A stretch of 27,408 nt of DNA from Cyanophora paradoxa CCMP329 (taxonomy: Eukaryota > Plantae > Glaucophyta): positions 1-27,408 of the forward strand of contig QPMI01000387.1 in NCBI GenBank assembly GCA_004431415.1. The letters are read 5' to 3'. The stretch's first letter is position 1. Every line of letters starts with the position of its first letter. A model generated the notes under the pieces. That model made no database searches and was not told where the DNA came from. It saw only the letters and a program-made list of their open reading frames with translations. This document shows, piece after piece, positions 9,618 to 19,242 of the stretch. Position numbers and translations under genes: made by a program.

Positions 9618-12310
9618 ATGGCCAGCCTCCTCCAGCGCTTCATCCAGCTGGGCGTGCGCGGCGAGCCCGCGCCGGCGGCCACAGTCGCCGCATCCGCGAG
9701 CGCTGGGACATCTCAGCCTTCCGCGTCGCCCGTCGCCGAGGCTGTGACGACCGCACACTTCGTTCCAGCGTCAGCGGCGTCGGAGTGCGTCGAGGTCGGC
9801 TGCGGGAAAGCATTCGGCCTCACAGATCGCAAAGTCAACTGCAGAAGGTGTCCCGCTGCCGCAGAGCGCATGCGGGCAGTTCAGGTTGCAGCTGACGCGT
9901 ACGCCAGATGTGGGCGGATCTTTTGCGCGGAGCACGCGCAGCTGGAGCGGAAGCTGAACCCGAAGACAGCGCAGCCAGATCCAGATGGCGTGTTTGCCAA
10001 GGTCCGCGGCTCGCGCAGCTCGGCCGGCGCTGCGCGGCATTCCGGCGTGCAGCGACAGACCACCGCACCCGCAGGTCTGCAGCGGCTGCTACTTCGACCC
10101 GCAGGAGATCGGTGCGCGGGACGCGCCGCCGCGCGACATTCCGGACCCACGCCGGCCCACCGCGCGGCTGCAGGGGCGGTGCGGGACCTGACGGAGCCGT
10201 TCCAAGTGCTGCGGGGCGCCCTGCGGGAGCGGGACGCGCAGCTGCTCGCCAGGACCATCACTGCCGCCTTCAGCGAGGTCCCTCCGCAGCCCTCGCCCGC
10301 CGTGCCGGGCGCGCTGAAAGGTCAAGCCGCGCAGTCGAGCGGGGCGGCTGCTTTAGCGAAGGCGCCGGCGGGGAAGGGGAAGGCTGCCGCCGAGGGCCGC
10401 GAGGAGCCGGCGTGTTCCATCTGCAAGTGCGGCCGCCCGCGCCGCGCTCCGCGCCCCGCGCCGCGGGCCGAGGCGGGCGGCAGGGCCTCGTTCGGGATGC
10501 TGAGCCGGAGGCGGCACTGCAAGCTCTGCGGGGCGGCCGTGTGCGCCTCGTGCGGCTCGGAGCGCGTCACGACCGCCGTCGTCCTCGCCGCCGCCCCGGC
10601 CGCCGACCCCGCCGGCCTCCCCCACGGCTCCCGGACCCCCGAAGGAGGGCAAGCCCGCCGGTGCGCCCCGCCGCCCCCGCCGGCCCTGCTCCTCCTCGAC
10701 GCGGCGGCGGCGCTGGCAGCGGGGGCGGGACGGGGGCGCGCGGGCGTGCAAGCGGTGCTGGGGCCGGCTGGAGTGGGGCGCGCGGCGGCGGCGTTCCCCG
10801 CGGAGCGGACGGCGGCGCTGGAGGGCCCCTCGCACACCGCCTACACCGACGTGCAGGCCGCCTGGTGCCCCGCCCCGCCGCCCCGGCCCGCCGCGGCGCG
10901 CCCGACGCGGGGCGGGGGACGTGGCCGGGCTGGCTCAGGCGGGCGGTGGAGCGGGAGCTGCCGCTGTACGGGCGGCACGTGGACTGGCTGGAGGAGGCGG
11001 CGCGGGCTCCGCCGCCTGCCCCGGGGAAGCGGGAGGCGGAGCCGGGGCCCGGCGGCACGCCCCGCCTCGAGTACGTCAAGTACGAGGTCCGCCCCCCCCC
11101 CCCCCCCCCCCCCCGCCCTCCGCCCCCGAAGAGGCGCCGGCGGGGCGGCGGTGCGACGGGGGCGCAGCGGTACCGGGAGAGCGAGGAGCGGCTGCTGGGG
11201 GCGTACAAGGAGCTGCAGGCCGCCATGCTCCGCGTCAAGGCCCTCGCCCACGACCCGCCGCCCACCAGGCCCGCCCCGCCCCGCCCCGCCCTGGCCCGCC
11301 CCGGCGCCCCGCGATCGCCGCTGAGGCGGGGCGGGGCGGGCGGGGTGCAGGGAGTGGCGCGGAGCGTGGGGGCGGCGGTGGTGCAGTTCCTGCAGGAGAC
11401 CACCTCCCGCTTCCGCGCCCTCCAGATCGTGCCCTCCGCCCCCCGCCCCGCCCCCCGCCCTTCTTCCCCTGAGGGCCGTGCCCGCCGCAGCGCGTCAAGG
11501 GCCTGCCTCTCACCACGCACCCCCTCTTCCAGCGGCTCGAGGCCCGCCTTGCCGCGCCGCGCCCCTCCCCCGGGGCTGGGGCGAGGCGGGGGGGCAGGTG
11601 GCGTACGCGCAGAAGCGGCAGGAGCGGGAGGAGGCGGGGGCGATCCGCGAGGTCTACGTCGCCCTCGCCCGCATGCAGGCCGAGGCCGCCCGGTCCCGCC
11701 CCGCCCTCCCCGCCCTCCCCGCACTCCCCCCGGCCGCGTGGCGTCGAGCGGGCCGGGCGGGGCCAGGCACCGGCTTTTTCGGCACCTGGCGGCTGACTTC
11801 CACGAGCTCCTCCCCGCCGTCCGCTCCGAGCTCAGGGCCCGCCCTTCCCCCGCCTTCGCCGCCCCGCGCCGCCCCCGCCCTCACATCGGGAGCAGGAGGC
11901 GGCGGCGGCGACGGGGGGCGACCCCGCGGGGGCGGTGCACGCGGCAGAGGCGGAGGTGCTGGGGTACGAGGCCCGCCGCGGCCGCACGCTCCTCGGGCCC
12001 GCCGCCGAGGCCCTCGACGCCGACCAGCGCGCGGCGCGTCCACCCCTCTGAGCGCCCTGTACCCCCGTCCCGGCGGGCTGACTCGCTGGGGCGCAGGTGC
12101 TGATGGCGATGGCGGAGGTGCTGGTAGGCTGCCTCGCCCGCCTGGACGGCCGCCCTCGCTCCCTCGACCGGTGCCCCGCGCCCCCCGCCGGGCCTTGGGC
12201 GGAGCTCGAGGCCGACGGGGCGGGGGTACATGTACAGGTTCCACTGCACGCGCTACTGGCTCATCACGCTGCGCGAGAAGATCAAGTCGCACATCGAGCC
12301 CCTCCTCTAG
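9618..12310 (+). CDS. Double-FYVE zinc-finger protein, Vac1/Pep7/rabenosyn-like
   Basis: FYVE1: CVEVGCGKAFGLTDRKVNCRR|CGRIFCAEH...KLNPKTAQPDPDGVFAK|VCSGCYF...GAVRDLTEPF, matching the Pep7/Vac1 pattern. FYVE2: CSICK|ASFGMLSRRRHCKLCGAAVCASC. Helical/coiled C-terminus; last exon YMYRFHCTRYWLITLREKIKSHIEPLL*, TAG 12308-12310. Confidence 0.8.
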
Positions 12311-12727
12311 ATCTGAGGGGCCCCAAGCTCCGGGCGCAGGCGTCGGCCACGTGTCGGCCGCTGTACGATACATAGGCTTAGCACCGAGGTTTACTTTCAA
12401 GCAGGAATCGGAAGGTTTACTCTACATCTAGCTCTCGTCCCCGCATGCGGCTCCGTCCTTCGATCCAATGATCCTAGTCCAAGCCTAGTAGGTTTAATTT
12501 CAAGCAGCTGCAGGAATCAAAACGTTATTTAACAAGCCGCTGGGCCGCCGGCCGGCGCGCGGGGCTTGCAACTTGCTTTCGAATTCATGATCAGGCAGGA
12601 ATCAGGTCCAGCCGCTGCGCTCGCAACAGGTATACGTAGCAGCGCGTGAACGGTCTGCATGCGCAGCGCTGGGGGCCGGGCCGGGGGAGGCCGAGGGGAA
12701 GCGCTAGCTAGGTTCTAGCTATAGCCA

Positions 12728-12746
12728 GGGGGGGGGGGGGGGGGGG
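12728..12746 (+). repeat. G19 homopolymer just upstream of the F-box-like gene
   Basis: Directly visible. Other tracts: C23 at 11092-11114 and G36 at 26602-26637, both intronic. Confidence 0.85.
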
Positions 12747-12772
12747 TAGGCAGGCTCATTTTTTGCAAGGCC

Positions 12773-14289
12773 ATGGTGATGGGTCAGAACACGCAGGCCG
12801 CGAAACGCCGAAGGCTGCAAGAGGAGGAAAGGGACGGCAGGGATGTAGAGAACGAGAGCCAGGATCCGGAGCCCGCCGCTGGCGCGAGTCAATCCTGTTC
12901 ACGCGCGCAGCACCCCGTCGCCGCGTACGCGCTGCGGGAGATGTCGTGCGTCCCCCTGAGCGCTTCTTCGCCTGTGGGAGTGAGTTCCGCGCGCTCCGCA
13001 TGCGCAGTGAACTGCTCGAGCTGGTTCGGACTCGACCGGGGCTCGTGTGCCACACCGGGGACGTCAGCTTCCTGCTGGACCGCATGCGCAGTATTCTGGC
13101 AGGTTGGAACCTCTCCTTTTCACCTTGTGCGCTTCTTGCCTCGCGCTCCTTTTGAGACGAGTGCAGCATCGTCCCGCATCCAGCATCGGAGAGTTCGCGG
13201 GCACGCCGCAGCTCCAGTGCCAGCGCTTCCGCGTGAAATCTGGTGCGAGCCTACCTGCGAGCCACGCCCGCGCTCGTTGGTGTTCAATTGAGTGCGCGTC
13301 AGCTCGCATATTTTCGAGCATTTGTGTGCCAACGTCCGCATCGGCAAGGACGCACTGCCTCGGCTCCAGGCCAGCACGAGGGCCCTCATCAAGTGCGCCT
13401 CCCCCGCCCGGCCTACGTCTCGCTCGCGCGTCTCAGCGTGCGCTCGCCGGCAGCGTGTGCCACGCCTCCAAAGAGTTCCGCGCGCTGGCGCTGCCGCTGG
13501 CGCTGCGGGCGGCGCGGCTCTGGCTCCTCGCGGCACTCGCCGTGCGCCTCGGGGCCTTCGCGGAGCCGCTCGAGCACGACGCCGCCGAGGGCCGCTCCCT
13601 GGTCCTCATCCTGAGCGCGTCCCCGGGGCCATCGCCCCCGGCCCCGCCCCGCGCCTCGCTTCTGACGCCGCCGCGCCTCTGACCAGAGCTCCTCCGAGAG
13701 CGCATGTCCGAGCACGAGACGCTCGTCGTCAGATGGGCACGCGCCGCCGCCGCCCACGCGCCCGCCCTCGCATCCCGCTCCGGCTTCGGCCGCTGAGGCG
13801 CCCCGCGCAGGCGCTCCCGGAGTCGTTCCCCCTCTCGGGCGCGCCCGTGCTGACGTACATTGCGTCGGACGTGTTCGAGGCGCGCCCCGCCCCCGCCCCC
13901 GCCCGCCCCCTCGCCGCTTCCCCGAGGCGGCTTCCGCGCAGGTGCGGGAGGAGGTGGGGGAGGACGGGCGGCCGCGCTGCGCCTACGCGCAGGAGACGAT
14001 GGACGTCGTCCCGAAGCGCCGCCTCGACTGGCGCGGCGGCGCCGCCTGGCCCGCCGGCCGCCCCCCCGGCCCCTGGCGCGCGGCGGGGTACCTCGCCAAC
14101 GCCACTGTCCACTACCGCGCCGCCTTCGCCAAGGTCCTCCCCCGCGCAACCGCACCGGCACCCCGCGGCTTTCTTTTATGATCAGAGCTCGGCCTGACTG
14201 GGGTACCTCCGCGGCCGCGCCAGTTCCTGGAGGCGAAGCGGATGGTCAACTCGCGGCCTCTCATCGGGCCCGAGGGGCCAGTGCTCTAG
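12773..14289 (+). CDS. F-box-like protein of unknown function
   Basis: MVMGQNTQAAKRRRLQEEE (NLS-like); F-box-like VPALPREIW|SHIFEHL...ALIK...VCHASKEFRALAL; multiple short introns. Preferred last intron 14134-14223 (CTGAC branch, CCAG acceptor) gives ...YRAAFAK|FLEAKRMVNSRPLIGPEGPVL*, TAG 14287-14289. Unspliced alternative stops at 14181. Confidence 0.62.
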
Positions 14290-14377
14290 CTTGAGCCCGG
14301 GCCCGGCAGCGCCGCGAGTGCTGCTGTTCGCACGCGCACGCGCACAACCTCTATGCTTGTACTGTATTCTCGTAGTA
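14190..14377 (+). repeat. Direct repeat copy 1 (branch point + last exon + 3' UTR of the F-box-like gene)
   Basis: 14215-14307 is identical (93 bp) to 18742-18834; 14349-14371 is identical to 18906-18928; indels lie between the two blocks. Confidence 0.93.
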
Positions 14378-14511
14378 TATGTCGACGCGTACGTGCGCAA
14401 GAGCGCGCGCGCGCGCCCTGCGGGGCAAGGCCGGAGCCGGCCGGCGCGCGTTGGCCGCGGGGCAGCGCTTGCTATAGCCGCAGCTAGCAGCTGCAGCTGC
14501 AGCCGTCGCTC

Positions 14512-14879
14512 AACCGTGCGGTCGGGAGAAGCGAGAAGGGAATGACACTGCTGCACCAAGATGCGCATCTCGATCCGAAACGGAGAGATGAGCGGTGCAG
14601 CCGAGCTGGGCGTTGGGGCACGGCCGCCGGCATGCCGCCTCGTGCGCCTGCGAATCACCGTGCACGTGCACCTTGTGTGAAGAGCGAGTGAGGCATAAAT
14701 GGCAGAAGAGAATGCACGCACCGGCAGATCGTCGACCAGAACGCGCGCCCTGCAGCAGCCGCAGGCGCTCCAACCCGCCGCGCAGCGCTCCGCGTGGGTC
14801 GCCGCGCAGCCCTGCATCTGGCAGCACCCCAGCGACGTCGAGACATCGACGTCGACGCCGCAACGTCGGCCGCGTGCCG
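14512..14879 (-). repeat. Inverted duplicate of part of the RING-TRAF gene
   Basis: 14512-14802 is the reverse complement of 16088-16378 (291 bp, one substitution seen). Extra short patches match about 16035-16076, 15817-15833 and 15779-15796. Confidence 0.95.
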
Positions 14880-15277
14880 CAAGGAAGGCCGCCACAGCGT
14901 CCGCGGTCGCTCCCTCCCGCCCGGAGAACTTCAGGTCCTTGACGTCGTGGAGCAGCGCTGGCGGCGCCCGGCAATCAGCCCACGGCGTACGTCGGCCGCC
15001 CGGCGCCCGCACCCGGCATCTCGACAATCTCAAGGCGGTCCTCTGGCAATCCTTCGGCCTTAGCTATGGCCAGCGCCTGGTTAACGCGCACGTTTGCGCA
15101 TTTACAACACAAGCAAGCTAGAACGTGGGAGCTAGAACGTGTGGCGGGCGCGCACATTTGCGACGACTCGCAGAACGTGGGCGTAGTCGTGCCCGGGGTC
15201 GTGTGATCCCATCCCCGCCTGCACGAAGCGCCAGGCCTGGACGAGCGCCGTCGAGCTGGGCAGGTCACCTCCGACAT
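14512..15277 (-). pseudogene. Truncated HD-domain phosphohydrolase (YedJ/YpgQ-like N-half) fused in frame to duplicated TRAF-type zinc-finger exons; pseudogene or newborn chimeric gene
   Basis: Spliced: AWRFVQAGMGSHDPGHDYAHVLRVVAN|ALAIAKAEGLPEDRLEIVEMP|ALLHDVKDLKFSGREGATADAVAAFLAARG (H...HD motif). The C-terminal half of the HD domain is missing; from about 14879 downward it reads TSLGCCQMQGCAATHAERCAAGWSACGCC. ATG 15277 is out of frame unless a tiny intron is spliced; in-frame ATG at 15212. Confidence 0.75.
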
Positions 15278-15291
15278 TGTTCAACGCGCGT

Positions 15292-15512
15292 GCTGTGCGC
15301 AGTAAGCTTAAGCGGGATGCGCGGTTCTTGGTACGGGATTGTAAGCTGTGCGCAGTAAGCTTAAGCGGGATGCGCTTAAGCGGGATGCGGGGTACGGGTA
15401 TACCCGGGATTCTTGGTACGGGTACTCTGCAGATGTGGTACGGGTATACCCTTGCCTGCCGCGTCAGCCTCCGCGTCGGCCTCCGTGTACCTGAGGCCTG
15501 CCGCGTCAGCCT
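15292..15512. repeat. Patchwork of short direct repeats and palindromes in the divergent intergenic region
   Basis: GCTGTGCGCAGTAAGCTTAAGCGGGATGCGC x2 plus a third GCTTAAGCGGGATGCG; GGTACGGG x4; GGGTATACCC palindrome x2; GCCTGCCGCGTCAGCCTC x2. Confidence 0.85.
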
Positions 15513-15620
15513 CGCGTGTCCCTGCGCTTGATCTTCCGCCTCAATTCGCCCAACCTGAGCGCGCCATCGGCTTCTGCGGGCCGCGGCTCGCGTATCATTG
15601 AGCATTTTCTCAACCAGGGC

Positions 15621-18480
15621 ATGGCAACAAGCTTAAATTCGCGCGCTGGAGACGAGCTCGGTGGCTGGCCTCCAGAGATTTTCGAGCCTGGCGAGGAAGC
15701 GAAGGCGAAGGCGCTTGAGTTCACCTGCGCCATCTGTTGCCTCGTCATGCGGGAGCCGGTGCGGCTCTCCGAGAATTACGGCACGCGGCCGACGTTTCGC
15801 CCCACCCCGGCCCGCAGACGTCGCTGGGGTGCTCGAGCGACCACGCGCTATGCCGGACTTGTGCGGAGCGCCTGGCGCAGCAAGCGGGCGTGCTCAAGTG
15901 TCCCATTGACCGCGAGGTCGTCGACCGCGTGCGCTTTCAGCCGTCGCGCCGCGACGGCCGCCGCATCGACGATCTTAAAGTGCAGTGCGTGCCTTACGGA
16001 TTCATAGCGCTCCTGTCCTAATGCCACCTGCGCAGCTGCCGGTTCCAGATGCAGGGCTGCGAGTGGCGCGGCGACCTGGGCTCCCTCGCGACCCACGCGG
16101 AGCGCTGTGCGGCGGGTTGGAGCGCCTGCGGCTGCTGCAGGGCGCGCGTTCTGGTCGACGATCTGCCGGTGCGTGCATTCTCTTCTGCCATTTATGCCTC
16201 ACTCGCTCTTCACACAAGGTGCACGTGCACGGTGATTCGCAGGCGCACGAGGCGGCATGCCGGCGGCCGTGCCCCAACGCCCAGCTCGGCTGCACCGCTC
16301 ATCTCTCCGTTTCGGATCGAGATGCGCATCTTGGTGCAGCAGTGTCATTCCCTTCTCGCTTCTCCCGACCGCACGGTTTAATCACGCAATGCTGTTGCAG
16401 GCACCTGCCTGCGGGATCTAGTCGTGCGCCTCACTCGAGACCACGCGTGCGAGAAGGGTGCGCGCTGCATTCCGAGTTTCCCGGCCCGAGTACATCCACT
16501 GGCTAATTATGGGGTCATCCGCACAGGCGCGCTGGAGCGGCGGGTGGCGGACCTGTCAGAGCAGCTTGCTGAAATGCAGCGCCGGGTCGAGGCGGCCGAG
16601 CGCGAGAAGCGCGAGCTTGCCTGTGGGAAAGGTGCTCGGGGCTACTTATACGGCTGCGGCACCGCATTCGCTGATTGATTCTGGGGGGCCATCCGCACAG
16701 GCGCGCTGGAGCGGCGGGTGGCGGACCTGTCAGAGCAGCTTGCTGAAATGCAGCGCCGGGTCGAGGCGGCCGAGCGCGAGAAGCGCGAGCTTGCCTGTGG
16801 GAAAGGTGCTCGGAGCTACGGCTGCGGCACCGCATTCGCTGATTGATTCTGGGGGGTCATCCGCACAGGCGCGCTGGAGCAGCGGGTGGCGGACCTGTCA
16901 GAGCAGCATGCTGAAATGCAGCGCCGGGTCGAGGCGGCCGAGCGCGAGAAGCGCGAGCTCGCCCGTGGGAAAGGTGCGCGGAGCTACGGCTGCAGCACCG
17001 CATTCGCTGATTGATTCTGGGGGTTCATCCGCACAGGCACGCTGGAGCAGCGGGTGGCGGACCTGTCAGAGCAGCTTGCTGAAATGCAGCGCCGGGTCGA
17101 GGCGGCCGAGCGCGAGAAGCGCGAGCTTGCCTGTGGGAAAGGTGCTCGGAGCTACGGCTGCGGCACCGCATTCGTTGATTGCTTCTGGGGGGTCATCCGC
17201 ACAGGCACGCTGGAGCAGCGGGTGGCGGACCTGTCAGAGCAGCTTGCTGAAATGCAGCGCCGGGTCGAGGCGGCCGAGCGCGAGAAGCGCGAGCTCGCCC
17301 GTGGGAAAGGTGCGCGGAGCTACGGCTGCAGCACCGCATTCGCTGATTGATTCTGGGGTCGCCGGCCCGTGAGCAGGCGCGCTGCAGGAGCGGTTCGAGG
17401 ACCTGATGGAGCTTCGCCCAGTCGAGGACATGCCGGAGTTTCGCGCAGTCAAGGGCATGCCGCAGCTTCGCGTAGTGCGACACCGCCCTGCACTGCCAGT
17501 GCCGGAGTGGCTTCCCTTAAACGCCCTGGCGTGGTCTGAGCCGTCCGAGAAGTCCAGCGCAAGCCCTGCTGCTGCGACGGCGTCGATCGCGAGCGGCGCA
17601 GCAACAGGCGGCGACACTGCTCCGCCCACAGGGCCCAGCGAGCTCCAGGTCGCGCCGGGGGAGAGCATCTCGGCCGCCGTGAGGCGGGCCGCCCCTGGAC
17701 AGACCATCCGGCTCGCCCCCGGATTGTACGTGCGACGCCCGCCTGTCCGATTTCTCGCCCAGTTTCCTGTCTGAGCTGCTTCGCGTGCAGGTACCGGGAG
17801 AAGGTGGTCCTAAGCCGCGATGTGCACCTCGTGGGCTCGCGGGAGGCCGTCCTCGAGCTGGGGGAGGCTCCCGCGCTGACTTGCGCTGGCACCGCGGCGC
17901 CCAGCGTGCGGGGCATCTCGATCCGGAACACCGGCCACTGGAAGAACTTCACCGCCGTGGAGATCTACGGCGGGAGCCGGGCACTCGTGGAGGGCTGCGA
18001 CGTGTCCAGCGCTGGAGTCGGCATCCAAGTCAAGGGCGAGGAGACCGCGCCGACACTGCGTGGTGAGCCTAGGCCTCGGCCTAGGTCTGCCCCCACTCTT
18101 GTGCTAACGTTTTAGCGCGCAGGGAACACGGTGCACAGCTGCTGTGTGGGCATCAACTTCTCGAGTTCGGCAAAGGGCGTCGCGGAGGGCAACGACGTGC
18201 ACGGCAACAGCGAAGTTGGCATCTCCATCGGGGATCTCGCCGATCCCGTCGTTCGCGGCAACCGGTGCGCCCGCTTCCAGCTCTGCTCATCGTCATGTTT
18301 ATCTTCTCTCAAGCAGCTCACACGTCGCTCCGTTTGCAGAATTCACGACCAGAAAGAAGGCGTCGCCGTGTACAGGAACGGCAAGGGGACCATCGAGGGC
18401 AACACTTACGAGCGCATCTCGGTCCAGTCCTTCTGCCGCGATCCGGTGTGAAATTCGCCACTGACAAGTTCCGACAGTGA
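15621..18480 (+). CDS. RING-HC + TRAF-type zinc fingers + repeated coiled coil + right-handed parallel beta-helix (PbH1) protein; putative E3 ubiquitin ligase
   Basis: FTCAICCLVMREP|TSLGCSSDHALCRTC...KCPIDR (RING); LKVQ|CRFQMQGCEWRGDLGSLATHAERC and HEAACRRPCPNAQLGC...RDAHL (TRAF/SIAH-type fingers); five 32-aa coiled-coil exons; VAPGESISAAVRRAAPGQTIRLAPGL|YREKVVL followed by GNTVH/GNDVHGN/GNRIHD/GNTY beta-helix repeats. Stop at 18451 if unspliced, or 18480 if intron 18422-18477 is removed. Confidence 0.85.
16510..17376 (+). repeat. Five tandem ~168-bp units, each a 96-nt phase-1 exon plus a 72-78-nt intron
   Basis: Exons 16527-16622, 16701-16796, 16869-16964, 17037-17132 and 17205-17300 (ALERRVADLSEQLAEMQRRVEAAEREKRELA). 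Introns GTGGGAAAGG...CTGATTGATT...CCGCACAG. Confidence 0.95.
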
Positions 18481-18726
18481 GCCCCCGCGGCCGCGCGCGG
18501 CCTATCCGAGCCCGAGCTCCCTCTCCACCTTGCCTTCGTGCCCGAAGCGATCCCCGCCCCCTTCTCTACGATCACAAACCAGTCCCACTAGCATCTCGAG
18601 CTCGCTGGTGCGCGCCTGGCCATGCCAGGGCTGCTCTAGCTCGCGGCCGAGGGGTCCAGATGCATGCAAACAGCCTGGGCAGAAGAAGAGAAGTGGGCTC
18701 GCGATCGAGCGCTGGCGAGGCCTCGC

Positions 18727-18934
18727 GGCCCGACTGGGGTTCCGCGCCAGTTCCTGGAGGCGAAGCGGATGGTCAACTCGCGGCCTCTCATCGGGCCCGA
18801 GGGGCCAGTGCTCTAGCTTGAGCCCGGGCCCGGCCCGGCGGGCCCGGCAGCGCCGCAACTGGCCGGGCCCGCAAGCGCTGCTGTTTGCACGTGCACGTAC
18901 ACGGTCTCTATGCTTGTACTGTATTCTCTTAGTA
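18727..18934 (+). repeat. Direct repeat copy 2: orphan copy of the F-box-like gene's last exon and 3' UTR
   Basis: Contains the CCAG acceptor and an intact FLEAKRMVNSRPLIGPEGPVL* (18751-18816), identical to 14224-14289. Confidence 0.92.
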
Positions 18935-19242
18935 GAAGGACACTGTGACAGCGAATATAATGCAGGCAGCGCCCGGTAAACTACGCTGAAAGGGGAAATT
19001 GAGAGCGGCTAGCACATAAACTCCCGACATGAGAGGACTCGAACATCAATAGAAATGGAAATACAGTTCTCAAAACGGCCTCGCTTAGCGCTTGAAAAGA
19101 AGCCGGCTCCGCCGGCTAATTAACCTAGTCCTGCGTAAATGGAACGTGCAGCACCCACGCCTACAGCTACGTGAAACGCCCAGTAACCCCCTGGCTGAAG
19201 CTACGAGGTGGAGAAGGAAGGCGGCCGGGGCGGCGGGGGGCC

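Noticed and set aside
9908-12103. Long ORFs in the track (731 aa here, 565 aa at 23183-24880, 420 aa at 25455-26717, and others)
   Set aside because: These are Arg/Pro/Gly/Ala-rich read-throughs caused by stop-codon scarcity at very high GC; real proteins switch frames at introns.
16510-17376. CRISPR-like array or non-coding satellite
   Set aside because: Units are nearly identical throughout with no unique spacers, there are no cas genes, and they parse as coding exon plus spliceosomal intron.
14190-18934. LTR retrotransposon or composite transposon bounded by the direct repeats
   Set aside because: No gag/RT/integrase/transposase, TG..CA ends, PBS/PPT or TSD seen; the repeat parses as a host terminal exon plus UTR.
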